Below the pieces are notes generated by a model. The model ran no database searches, had not been told where the DNA came from, and saw only the letters and a list, made by a program, of their open reading frames with translations. A stretch of DNA of 63,655 nt, the filler included, from Pelomyxa schiedti (taxonomy: Eukaryota > Protista > Evosea), in the NCBI GenBank assembly GCA_020536535.1. It is 11 parts of 11 records of this genome, joined end to end, with 100 filler letters (N's around TTAATTAATTAA, not from the genome) between each part and the next. Parts side by side here need not be neighbours in the genome. Positions count along the whole stretch, not along the records: positions 1 to 6,166 come from JAHLWZ010001447.1; positions 6,267 to 22,366 come from JAHLWZ010000077.1; 9 more parts are not named here. The stretch is one strand, 5' to 3'. Made by a program: the position numbers and the translations under genes. Shown here piece after piece: positions 1 to 13,638 of the stretch (position 1 is its first letter; each line of letters starts with the position of its first letter).

Positions 1-3000
1 GTTGAGTGGTAAGGAGCATGGCACAGGCACGAAAACGTGGGCACGTGATGGTACCTCAACTGATGGTGTTTGGCTGATGGGGACCATCAAGTCAGGCACC
101 AAGAGGTGGCCAAATGGTGATGAGTTCACTGGCACTTTCACAGCAAATGCTGATTCTGGGCAGGGCAAAGCTAAACTTTCTGCCAAACCACGAATGACAC
201 TTCTTGGAACTTTTCAAGGGAATGGGTTCCAAGAAACAAAATCTGGGATGTGCTACGACATTGGAGGTGGTAACATTCATTCGGAGGTGTGAACGAGATT
301 ATATTTTCCACTGAGTTGAGTTAACTCATCATTGTTTATGCAGGAACAAGTGAGGATTTTGCAAAGGAAACTCCAGACTAATTGCCATCATCACTGTGAT
401 CACCATTATATTTCCAGAGAAGAAGAGAGGAGAAGAGAGGAGAGGAGAGGAGAAACTCAAAAAGAATGTGTGTTTTCCTTTTGGCGACTCTTCCCTTGTC
501 TCATCCTTCCCACAGTGGAGATGAAACACCAAATCAACGAGTTGAAACAAAAAATTGAACAACTGTCAACCAATCAAGGATATGGTGGCATTCAATTGGT
601 GTGTATGAGATTACCTCAGTGGAAAACATAATTACTGAATATGTTTTGTTGTTTTATGCAGGAAAAAGAGAGAATGTTACAACAACCTGTGGTGCACACA
701 AGGGGGTACAGTGGAAGGCCATTTGGGGGAACATGGGGACCGGTGGCAAATTCATGGGAGCAAAGCTGCCAAGTGGGTGAGATGAAAAAAGCACTTGAGA
801 ATCAACAAAGAGACAAAGAACGTAGGTGGTTTGGGTCTCTTGTTGTCTCATTCCTTCCCAACTGCAGTGATGTACAACCAAATAAAAGAGTTGAAAGACA
901 AAATGGAACAACTGTCAAACAGTCATGAGGAGGAACTAAAGAAAGCAGATGAAAGGCTTCAAAAACTCCATGAACAACTTGAACAACAAACAGAATGTGT
1001 GTAGTATGACCCTTCCTTTGCGGGTTGATCTTACAACTCCTGAAAAGTGATGCAAATACAAACCAAGGAGTACAAGGATCAAGAAGAATGTGAGTGAACT
1101 TGTTTTTTTAGCTCAGTGTTTCTACCTCCAATTGACATCATTCACACAAGACATTGAACACACCTTGCAACACATTCAACAGGGAATGTGGGTCAAATCA
1201 GATCGACTGGAAAACAAGTGTGTCATGAAAGAAGTTACAGTCACACTCGAAACAAGCAACATAACATTTAGTGAATCCTTTTGTTCACAGTGCCCTATTG
1301 ACAAGGTAAAAACAACAAACCAACTCACCCACAGAGCACAACACTACAACAATGAAAGGTCGTCAGGATGGCAGTTGAGAAGCGATTTGGAGTGGATGAA
1401 AGTCAGCAGCTTGTATCCCTTGTTGTTGGTGCTACACAAGATGAGGTGTCACTCTCTGGGACTTCATCAACACTTTCTCAGTTGTATTACCTTCTCACAA
1501 GCCTCATCAGGTTTGGTATTCTTCTGTTTTGGACTTCCAAACCAAACGAAAAAAGGAAAGGAAGAAGGATGCACAACCACAGTTGCCCAGTTGAAGGTGA
1601 GAATGAAACCTGTGATGGCAATGAAAGAATCAGACTTGATTCATGTTTCACCATTGGGAAGTGGGTGTTATGGAGCTGTTTACAGGTGCCTTCACACACC
1701 ATCATCAAGAGAAGTTGCTGTGAAGAAGCTTTTTGAGGTCATTGCATCAGCTCACAATATGGCAAAATTCAAGTTGGAAGCTGAGGTTTTCCTTTAATCA
1801 ATGAAGACAACAAAACTTAATACATCTTAAGATTGTGAGAGGATTGGGACATCCCAACATTGTGAGGTGCCTTGGGATCTGTGTGGGATCTGGTGGATAT
1901 GGTTACCTGATTGTTTCTGAGCTCATGTGTTGCAGTCTCAGGCAACTTCTGAAACAAATCAGAGGTGATCACGCAAAGAGGCAGCTCAGTTTCAGAGAAG
2001 TTGCAGCCATTGCCCTTGGTGTTTCAAAAGGAATGGACAGTCTTCACAGGTTTATGTGTTTATTAAATTCTAGCTATCTCCCTTACTAACAGTAAGACAA
2101 AATATAATGCACCGAGACTTGAGCAGCAACAATGTCCTCTTCGACTCTAATGGAACACCAAAGATTTGTGACTTTGGTATGTGCTGAGTCCTGGAGTTTT
2201 TTACATTCTCCTCAGTTTTTAAAACAGGTGTATCACGAGGAATGAACACATTGGCAATGAGCAGTGGAGAGAGAACCATTTCACCTGGAACTCCAATTCA
2301 CATGGCCCCACAGATGTACACAAATCACTACTCAATGCAAGGTTGCTGTTTATATTGCCCCAACAACGACACTAAGAATTCTCTCAGGGGACATGTGGGG
2401 ATTTGGTGTTCTTCTGACTGAGATGATCAACTGTGATATTGTGGACTCCACCTTTGACAAGCTCCCTCTCCGCTCTCAAGTTTCTTTCATGGAGGAACAA
2501 ATGAAGCACCTTTCAGCTCCTGATGTTGAAGGTTGATTTGTTCATTGCTTTGTTCTGCCCCAAACAAAGCAAAAGAGGTTCAAAGACTGTGCCGGGAATC
2601 AAGTGAATCAGCAGTTGCACACTGCCTCAGCCGGAGGAATGCTTGCCTTGATATTGTTATTCGTCACACACACGTCCCTGATTCACTGGCTCAAGTTCAA
2701 ACACCAGCAGCGGCAGACCTCATGTTCCTTATTGCCCACTCATGCCTTTCCATCCTTGGTGTGTGTTCCACTTCCAACACACCCAAACAAGCACAAACCA
2801 TCAAAACAGAGAGAGACCGAATTCCCTTCAGTGTGATTGTGAAGCTGCTACATTGTTGTTGCACATCGGCCACGATCCAAAACATAGCAGTAACACTATG
2901 TCCACTTGGGACAATGCCAGTGACCGACGACCAAGTGACCAACAGCATCACGCAGTGGCTCTCATCACTCTCCCCTTTCATTTCCCTTGCTGCTACCAAG

Positions 3001-3021
3001 CCGGCAACTAAGGATTGGTAA
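1..3021 (+). CDS. MORN-repeat / coiled-coil / tyrosine-kinase-like (TKL) protein kinase, multi-exon, 5' truncated
   Basis: MORN-like exon (GTGTKTWARDG..GTKRWPNGDEFTG), then coiled-coil exons. Spliced kinase motifs: LGSGCYGAVY, VAVKKL, HPNIVRCLG, HRDLSSNNVL, KICDFG, GTPIHMAPQ, DMWGFGVLL. Confidence 0.85.
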
Positions 3022-3369
3022 CCTTGGTAACACATCTCATCAACATCCATGGGCTGATCGCCTTTTCACCAGGTGGTGCGCTCCACGAAGGCGAGGGGCT
3101 GTGGCGCGGAGGTGGAGCCACGCCACGTCCCGTTTTCCCGAAGGGTCGTTCACGACGGATGGTTCCCGCAACTGTTCCACTTTCTCCACTTCCCGGAGGT
3201 TAAGAAGATAAGATGTGTTTTTTCACTGGTTCATTCACCCACTTCATGATGCACAGTCGTCTTGGTGCTTTTTCTTCTCTGCGTAATGGTCGTAAGAATA
3301 GTGGGGGATGTTGAGAAACAACAATTAAAACTCGTGGACACACTTCTGGGGGCTATTTTGTTAGGCGCC

Positions 3370-5945
3370 ATGGCAGCAGCAAAAGGCGGAGGTGCGGGTG
3401 TGGCGATGGTGGTTGACGACACCACGTCGGCTGTTGGCGGTGGTGTGTACACTGGCCGTCTCGTTGACGGCACACGTGACGGCAGCGGAACGTGCAAATG
3501 GGCAAACGGGGACGTGTATGCCGGTGATTGGAAGGATGGGCGGCAACACGGCCGGGGTGTGTGCAAGTGGGCCAATGGCAACACCTACGAGGGTGAGTGG
3601 CACAAGGGCAATGCGGATGGGTGGGGCGTGGGCCTCCACCCTGATGGCTGGCGGTACGAGGGGCTGTGGAGGGACAACTGCTTGAAAAGGGGAACGTGGC
3701 ACGACAGCAACGGTGCGAACGTGTCGTATGGCGAGTGGGTGTGGAACGCAAAGAGAAACCAGTATGAGATGCAGGGGTGTGGTGTGCAAACCAGGAGAAC
3801 CAACAACACAGGAATCAACGGCGCAGTCAGCATCATGGAGACAGTGTATGAGGGTGGGTGGGACAGGAACCAGTGGCACGGTGTGGGAACGTGGAGGTCA
3901 CCTGATGGATCGGGTGCCATCTACCATGGTCAGTTTGATCACGGCAAGAAATGCGGAACAGGGAGAATCCTGTTTGGCGATGATGGAGGCAACAACAACA
4001 ACAACAACAGCCAAGGAGGTGGAGGGAGTTACGTTGGAGAGTGGAAGGATGACATGTTCCATGGTAGTGGTGTGAGGCTGTGGGCAAACGGTGACAGGTA
4101 TGATGGCAAGTGGGTGTGTGGCATGGAGAACGGCGAAGGAACCAAGACGTGGTCAAGGGATGGATCATCATTCACTGGGTTGTGGGAGAGTGGTGTGCCA
4201 ACAAAGGGGACAAGGAGGTGGCCAAACGGTTCCAAGTTTGAAAGCACGTTCACAAGAGATGGTGGTAATGGGAGTGGATGGAAATGTAGTGGTGAGGGGG
4301 TAGCAACACTGTCATCACCGGCACCCATTCTTGTGAAGGGCACCCTCAACAACAACATTTTTCAAAGTCGGAGCTCAGAAGTGCCATGTCAGATGGGATC
4401 ATCACAGTTTGAACACCATCTCCAGATGGAGGTGTGCCTTGTTGGATTGTTTCCTTCTCTCTTTCCTTTTCTCTCTGAACATAAGAACAGAAACTGAAGA
4501 GGGAACTCTCCAAAGAAAAAAGTGATCTCAAGGCAAGCATGGAAGAAGAAATGAGAGCAGCTGAAAAGGAGTGGCAGGTGTGTGTCACTTACTTTTGCCA
4601 TCAACTTTTCATGTGTCTTCAAAAGAAAGCCACAGAGAGAAACAACCAACAGCATGCTGAACAAATCAACGAGGTGAACAAAAACCTTCAACAATTGCAA
4701 GACCATCTTCACAAGAAACAAGAAGAGGAGGAAACAACAAAAATGATTGCGGGGAAGGCACACCCTGAACTGAAGGAAGCTTTCACATTGGCCACACTCT
4801 TCCAGTCCCAGCTGCAGAAATCATCACCTGAGATTGTCCTGCTTGAGGAATCACTTGCAAAACTGAACCAGAGACTCCAAGGAGCCACAGAGAGCAACGA
4901 GGCACTGTCGTCAAGGCTGAAAGAACTCACAGAGCTGAAGGCAACACTGGTGAATAAACTCACCGAATCAGATGATGCGTGCAAGAAGCTCCTTGGGCAG
5001 ACACTAACGGTGCAGAACAGTGAAACTGAGATTCAGGAGTGTGCCAGGAACATCTCAACGTTGACGAAAAAGGTTTTGAAGTCCTCCACAACATCCACAT
5101 CAGAAATGGAGAACAGCCTCACTGTTCAAAAAGAAGGTACCATTCCCTCACTCACTGGCCTTATTTCACCAACAAAACAAACACCACAGAGAGTGATAGA
5201 ACTGTGGAAGGAATTCTGATGGTACAACCTGTCACTGTGCCTGATGAGCCTGTGGGTTCACAGTTTCAACGTGATGATACATTCAAACCACCATTCCAGT
5301 TGCTTTGTGATCTCTCAGATACTCTGGAACAGCTCCAAAGGTGCCACTTTGACAAGTGCACAAAGCTTGTTGACAAACACACAGTGCTGTCAAAGGAACT
5401 CTCTGAGCAGGTCTCGATTGGAGGCACACTCTGCGAGGCGATCAAGGACACACAGAGAGAATGTTCAGAGCTTCAGAGGGAAGTCAGGGGAAAATGGAAG
5501 CTTAGGCGAGGACTGGAGGGTGATGAGGAGTTCATTGGGATGCCTGGTGTGTGGTCGATGCTCTCTCAGTTGCTCCCTCAGGCTCAACAAGCCATCGTGG
5601 ATCTCATGGTTTCCAAGGCAACATTATTAGGATCCTCCTCTCATCAGCATCAACTTCAACACAGTCCAGGGGCAACCACAACAACAACGAGGGGCACTGC
5701 TTCTCATACTACTCTTCCTGGGTGCACAGCCAACCCCAGCAACATTTGCATGGAATGTGATGAGAGGCCACCAAACGTGCAGTTTCAGCCTTGTGGTCAC
5801 GTTGTCCTGTGCTCCGAGGTCTGTTTTTTATTCTCTTCTCATTTGTCTCAACTGACACAAAAACAACGAACAGTGTGCCGCATTCATGAAGAAGTGCCCT
5901 GACTGTCGTGTAATCATCAAGGACAAAATCAATTTGTTGTTGTAG
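3370..5945 (+). CDS. MORN-repeat / coiled-coil / C3HC4 RING protein (putative E3 ligase), multi-exon
   Basis: About 10 MORN repeats (YAGDWKDGRQHGRG, YEGEWHKGNADGWG), a long coiled coil and a RING (CMECDERPPNVQFQPCGHVVLCSE-CAAFMKKCPDCR). An intron at ~5137-5189 joins the two ORF frames. Confidence 0.88.
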
Positions 5946-6057
5946 ATGAAGGAAGGTTGTGCCTGTGCACCGTGTCGGTGCCCTTTGTTGCCACAGCACA
6001 ACAAAAAAAAAAAAGACACTTCACAAGGAAAAACCGTTTCTCGGACTTTAAGGAGAC

Positions 6058-6166
6058 ATGTCGGCAGCAAAAGGAGGTGTGGCGATGGTTGTTGACGACA
6101 CCACGTCGACGGGCAGTGTGTACACTGGACGTATGGTAAACGGCACACGTGACGGCAGTGGAACGT
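6058..6166 (+). CDS. 5' end of a third tandem MORN-repeat paralog, truncated by contig end
   Basis: MSAAKGGVAMVVDDTTSTGSVYTGRMVNGTRDGSGT closely matches the N-terminus of the gene starting at 3370. Confidence 0.8.
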
Positions 6167-6266
6167 NNNNNNNNNNNNNNNNNNNNNNNNNNNNNNNNNN
6201 NNNNNNNNNNTTAATTAATTAANNNNNNNNNNNNNNNNNNNNNNNNNNNNNNNNNNNNNNNNNNNN
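6167..6266. other. Artificial contig-joining linker (N44-TTAATTAATTAA-N44)
   Basis: The same 100-bp all-frame-stop linker occurs at 22367-22466, 27370-27469, 32373-32472, 35058-35157, 37310-37409, 39275-39374, 56406-56505, 59242-59341 and 62424-62523. Plain 100-N gaps lie at 18717-18816 and 20814-20913. Confidence 0.98.
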
Positions 6267-6755
6267 CGGAGACTACAACCGTTACACCCGCAACACCCGA
6301 CCAGGAATGAATTCGTGGCTAATGGCTCCTTTCATACGCAATGACAGCTAGGCTGCAAGGTAGTGTCTGAGAAACCAATCCCTTCCTCACTCTAAAAAGG
6401 AGCCTGACCGCAATGCCCAGTACCCCAAGTACTAACTTCCCCAAATTAGAGATAAATACATTGATACATTGTCTTTTCATTCTGCATTTCTTCCTTTGCT
6501 AAATTGTTGTTTGCTGTTTAGCAGCAAAACACACCCTATTGTCCGTAGGACGAAACCACAGAGAAGGAAAATCGGGCATGGATTTGAAAAGATATGAGAA
6601 TTTCGGGTACCCAAAAAGAAAGAAGGAAGTAATATGAGAAATTTTATTATCATTTTTTACTTCCGTGTTTTTCCCCACGCGCTATGAGACAGAATATACA
6701 TATGTACCTATTTGAGAAGAAAAACAAATAATAGAAAAAAAAAAAAAAGGGAAGC

Positions 6756-6984
6756 ATCCCCGTGAGGGTGACACCGAAACAATAGATAAAAGTATCCCCG
6801 TGAGGGTGACACCAAAATAATAAAAACAAAAAAGGAAGCATCCCCGTGAGGGTGACCTCGAAACAATGGGAAAAAGGTATCCCCGTGAGGGTGACACCGA
6901 AACAATGGGAAAAAAGTATCCCCGTGAGGGTGACACCAAAATAATGGAAACAAAAAAAGGAAGCATCCCCGTGAGGGTGACACC
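6756..6984. repeat. Tandem array of six 20-bp cores ATCCCCGTGAGGGTGACACC with A-rich related spacers
   Basis: Cores start at 6756, 6794, 6840, 6879, 6918 and 6965 (periods 38, 46, 39, 39, 47). Spacers fall into two related classes (18-19 nt and 26-27 nt). Confidence 0.95.
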
Positions 6985-7403
6985 TCCCTTGCAAACGAGA
7001 AGAAAAAAAAGAAAAAGAAAAAGAGGGAAGAACCAAACCCATGTGTCTCGTTTCTAATGATGGTCGTGTTGTTGTTCCCACTGTTCTGTTTCTCTCATGT
7101 CTCCTTCTCCTTTCCGTGTCTTGAGTTTTTTTTTTTTTTTGAACTTATGCGATTAACGGGTCCTTATAAAACCAAATTTCGACGTGACAGGAAATTTTCT
7201 CAGTTGCCCTGAAGAAGAAAAGAGAAGGTGTTTTCTATTCCTCGATCTATTCCATACATGGAAGGACCGCTCCTTGTGCGTACCTTGGGCGACACGGTTA
7301 CACGAGTAACCACGTGAGATCAATTTACTGCTGTGGCACAAAGGTGTTTTTCCTATTCTACAAGGTTCTTATTTGGTTCCTCTTATTTTTCCAATCTGGT
7401 ACA

Positions 7404-9503
<2,100 letters not shown>

Positions 9504-9764
9504 TTTGTTTCTTCTTTAAGCTCTCGGTGTGCGTTGTATCGTGGTCTATCGGTGCTAATTTATGTGTTGATCTGTTCATTTTTTTCGTCTTTTAAATCAT
9601 TATTTGTTCCTCGTTGACCGGCCATTCACTCTCTTGACTTGGGGCAAGAGACTGGAAGTCTGCCTACTCACTTGTATACGGGTGGCATGCGTGGCCCAGC
9701 AGGAGATTCTCGGTCCCAGTTGGACAGGAGGACGATCTGGAGATCGATTCGCAGTATTGCAAGA

Positions 9765-12224
9765 ATGGCGTCGCGAGACAACACTGACTGGCAACGCGTA
9801 CCAGTCAAACCAACCAACAAGAAGCCCACCAACAAGAGTAACACCAATAAACCGAAGCCCGGCCACCATCCCACGACACAGCAGCAGCCACCGGGTACCC
9901 CGCATCCACAGTGGCCCCCAACGATGATGTTACCCCTTGGATACACGCGGCCCCTCAACCCCGACAGGACACCGCTGGGCATGTACGGGGGCTGCTCCTA
10001 CATGTACCCCTCCAACACCACCGGGGCGACGATGATGATGGTGATGCCTCCTGGTGGCGGTTCCTCATCCACGTTCACAGCGGCGTACGCGTCCACGCTG
10101 TCTCCAGCCGACGTCCCTCCTCCTCCTTCTACAGAGCCAGCACAGGGTGGGCCCCGGCACGGGATGGGAGGGGGTGCTGTGGCCGTGGGTGTGGGTGTGG
10201 GCGCGAGGGTGCCCCCAATCTCCGCCACCACGACTGCCACTAGTACGAGCGCATCTACTAGTGGTGGTACAGGCGGGGCCCAGCCTGCGGCTCGCAGTGT
10301 CAGTGCCACTTCGGCACCTGCATCCGAAGCTACTGCTACTAATACAACAACTGCATCGTCCGGGACGACACCGATGAAACCCAAGAACAAAGGAGGCAAG
10401 CCAGTGAAGGGGAAGGGGAAGGGCAAGGGCAAGGGCAAGGGGAAGGGGAATGCCGAGGCACCGGGCCCACCACAGCGGACGTGGGCTAGTGTGACTGGTG
10501 GTGGTACGGCCACACCACCCACTGGAAGCGCGAGTTCGTCGTCGGCAGCAGATACTAGTGCTGCGGCCACTACTACCACTGTGACTGGAAAAGCTGCCAT
10601 AGAGAAAAATCCTCCTCTAGAAGGTTCCCGCCCATTCCTTTTGGCCTGTATGCTAACGGCTGGGTGCAATTGCAGAAGCTCTGCGCGTTTTTTCGAAGGC
10701 ACACAAGGGCATAGTACATACTGCACACGAACATCCCCCATTGGTTTTACGGGGACTGAAAAACCGTAAGACTGAGTGTTATTTAAATTCTGTATTGCAG
10801 GTATAACGTTTCAGTAAAAAAAAAAGGAAAAACCCTAACACAGGTGCTATTTTGTTGCCCTGAGTTTCGTGAGTTACTATGTTCATTACTTGCAGTACAG
10901 AAGAACCTTTCCGAGAAACAAATGCCCACTCTAGTGAATCTGTGTGTTCTGCTTGTTGCAGAATTTTCCATAACTTTTGCAATAGATTGGGCTCTTTTTC
11001 TGGCTTTCTTGCTCCCACTTCACAGCACCAGTTGGGAATCGGTGTATGCAACACTCCCCACTTTCCCCTGTTTTCTTTAACTCTTTCTTTTGTAAGTACC
11101 CGCTCTTTGCTTCTACGATGGATAAAATTGTGACCCAATTCAACACACATGTGGGTCCTGGCACCAGCCAGCAAGACGCAGAAGAATTCCTCACTTTCTT
11201 ATTAGACTTACTCCACGAAGAATTGTCTCCATACCATTCCTCGTGTATGGTATCCAATTCTCATTTATTGTATAACTGATTTCCAGCAATGAAATAAATT
11301 AGCGAAGGCTCCAAAAAAGCCTGTCGAACCGGAGAATACATCCCCAGACAGTGAAGAAAATGAGTGGATGAAGGTTTCCAAGAAAGGCAAGTCACTGGTG
11401 ATCCGCACAACGGTAAGCAGTGGGAAAAGGAATAGTTGTGTTCTAAGTTCACTGCAGGTCACTGGGTTTAAGTCATCAGTTGTGAGTGATATCTTTGTTG
11501 GCCACATGCGCAGTATTGTCGGAGGCCATGGAGGGACCCCATCAGAAAGTACCCAACCATTCCACTGTTTGAGCTTGGAAGTTTCGGTAAATATATACCT
11601 GTCTGAATGGATCTGACTGCGGAATAGGAACCCACAATCCGCACTGTTGCTGATGCCATGCAGGTGTACTTCGAAAAGGAACAAGTTGAAGGTTACATGA
11701 CCAAGAACTCATCAGTTTGTATTGTAGATAGCCATTCTGCCAATTCACCCTGTCTTTTAGACCGCAACTACAGCCAGTAAGCAAAACATTGTTTGCAAAG
11801 CACCCCGGGTTCTTGTTGTTCACCTCAAGAGGTTTGCATATACAATCCACGGCGGATCCACCAAGATATGTAAGCAAGTGCTTTTTGAGGACACCATAGA
11901 TATCCCAACCACCAAAGGGGCAGCCAGATATTCCCTATTCGCAGGTTTTCCCCGCCTTATTTTCACTTCAACTTTTTCACACCCACAACAGTAATTGTTC
12001 ATCATGGTGACTCTGTGAGCCGCGGCCATTACACATGCTATGTTCAGGTTCCATTTCCATCAGAAAACGCATCACAGCCCAACTCCCCAGTGTGGGTGCA
12101 CTACAATGATGAGAATGTTAGGGTTCTGGCATCAAACAGCAGGGAGGTATTCAACTCCAACCCCTACTTGCTCTTCTTTGTAAGGATCAGCAAAACAAAA
12201 GTAAAAAAGCCTCACAGGCACTAA
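9765..12224 (+). CDS. Ubiquitin-specific protease (USP10/Ubp3-like) with low-complexity N-terminus
   Basis: Cys box RGLKNRKTECYLNSVLQ, QQDAEEFLTFLLDLLHEE, LVVHLKRF, His box HHGDSVSRGHYTCYV..WVHYNDENV..PYLLFF. Confidence 0.88.
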
Positions 12225-12285
12225 TTTCAAATTTGCAAAAGCACATTCATTCTGCACATCTTGAAATGACACATAGCGTATTTTG

Positions 12286-13573
12286 TTACCATCTGTTGAC
12301 TGGTCTCATCTCAATGTGTCCACTGGGTACGAGTCCCTCCTTGTTGGTTTGGTCTACCTTGGCATACAGCCAGTTATCTGGAAATACATCGATAAGACTG
12401 AGGTGGTCATTTTTTTCACAAGTCAAGTGATTAGGCTCTGTGCCTGTGAAGCTGTAGTGTGCTAGAGAAAAGTTTGAACTGACACGTACTAGTAAATTCG
12501 AAAAGGACAACTGCTTGAAGCTTGAAATCATCGGGTGCTTCGGATTCGGCTTCTTTGTCCAGTATGGGCATCTCCTGATACCGCGTTAGCAGACTCACTT
12601 GGGAGTGAACACACACCAAATGGAGGTTAAGGTACTCGCTATGTGCGCACAATAAGGAAAAAAAGTGCTGGTACCAAGGCGCTATGCCACAAGGCTCAAC
12701 TGTCGGGCTAAGAATAGATGGACCAAACACTTGGGTGATGTGATCTGGCGGTAGTCTGGCTTCAGAAAATAAGGAAATAAGCTGGAAAACAATGGCTCTG
12801 CAAACCTGAATTTAGGTTAAGTACGTCTATAACAGCACCCATACTGGTGGTAGTTTGTGAATAAAAATTCGCAATTGGGAGAGCTTGTCGTGTGTATTCT
12901 TCATTGCGGTCAGACTGGCCACAGTGATAAAAAATTTTGGCGGCACCACGGGGTGTGGCAGGACCTTAAGATACAGAATCAGTAGCCCAGCCACAACCTG
13001 AAATGGCCATAACTTAGTTAGAGACCCACGACGCACATAAACAAACTAACTTTTGAAACACAGTTCACATAAACGGATACCGCGGGGTCCTCCTCCAAGT
13101 CAATAGGGTGCACCCTCAGCAACAACACCACCACCACCACAATAACAATCACAAGCGCCACCGCCGCCTCTTCGTTCTCGGCCATCGCTCCCCGGCTGTG
13201 CCCCCCCTGTGCTACTACCCGTCGTGGGGGTTGTGGGGGCGGCAGCGGCGACCAATGTCTCATATTCATCCACCAGGGCCTTGAGCCGCGCCACTTGGTT
13301 GGATGTGGCCCCGCCATCTCCCCCGCCGGTGTTGTTGTGGTCGTGGCCGCGGGTGTTGGCGGCGGGGGGTTGCGTGGGCCCGTCGGCGCCCCATCTCCAT
13401 CTCCAGCCCCCCCGGATATCGCACAGCAGGCGCGTCACGGCCCTGTGCACCACATCGGGACCACCGCACCCGCACGCGCAGCCTGCCCGAGCAATGGCCC
13501 TCCCCAGTGGCATCCCAAACGTGCTTGTTGTGGTGTTGATGCTCGTGCTCCCCGACCCCCGCGGCTCCTGCAT
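12286..13573 (-). CDS. RhoGAP-like domain plus C-terminal SH3 protein
   Basis: FGMPL, LILYLKVLPHPVVP and VFGPSIL RhoGAP-like segments; SH3 AHYSFTGTEPNHLTCEKND..NWLYAKV..KEGLVPSGHI. Confidence 0.75.
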
Positions 13574-13638
13574 TCCCCTCCTGGCGACCCCCTATAAAAA
13601 TTTCGCATCAGAAACAAACGATGGGTCTTCCCAATTAA

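Noticed and set aside
6167-6266. TTAATTAATTAA palindrome as a biological motif, and ORFs running into X..LIN
   Set aside because: It is a synthetic contig linker repeated ten times.
6530-6560. Hammerhead ribozyme (GTCC-GTA-GGAC-GAAAC)
   Set aside because: The required CUGANGA core is absent upstream and no stem I/III partner was found.
6555-6585. U6 snRNA (ACAGAGAAG..GCATGG)
   Set aside because: The spacing and internal stem-loop do not match U6.
6756-6984. True CRISPR array
   Set aside because: The spacers are homologous to each other, short and A-rich, there are no cas genes, and the context is eukaryotic.
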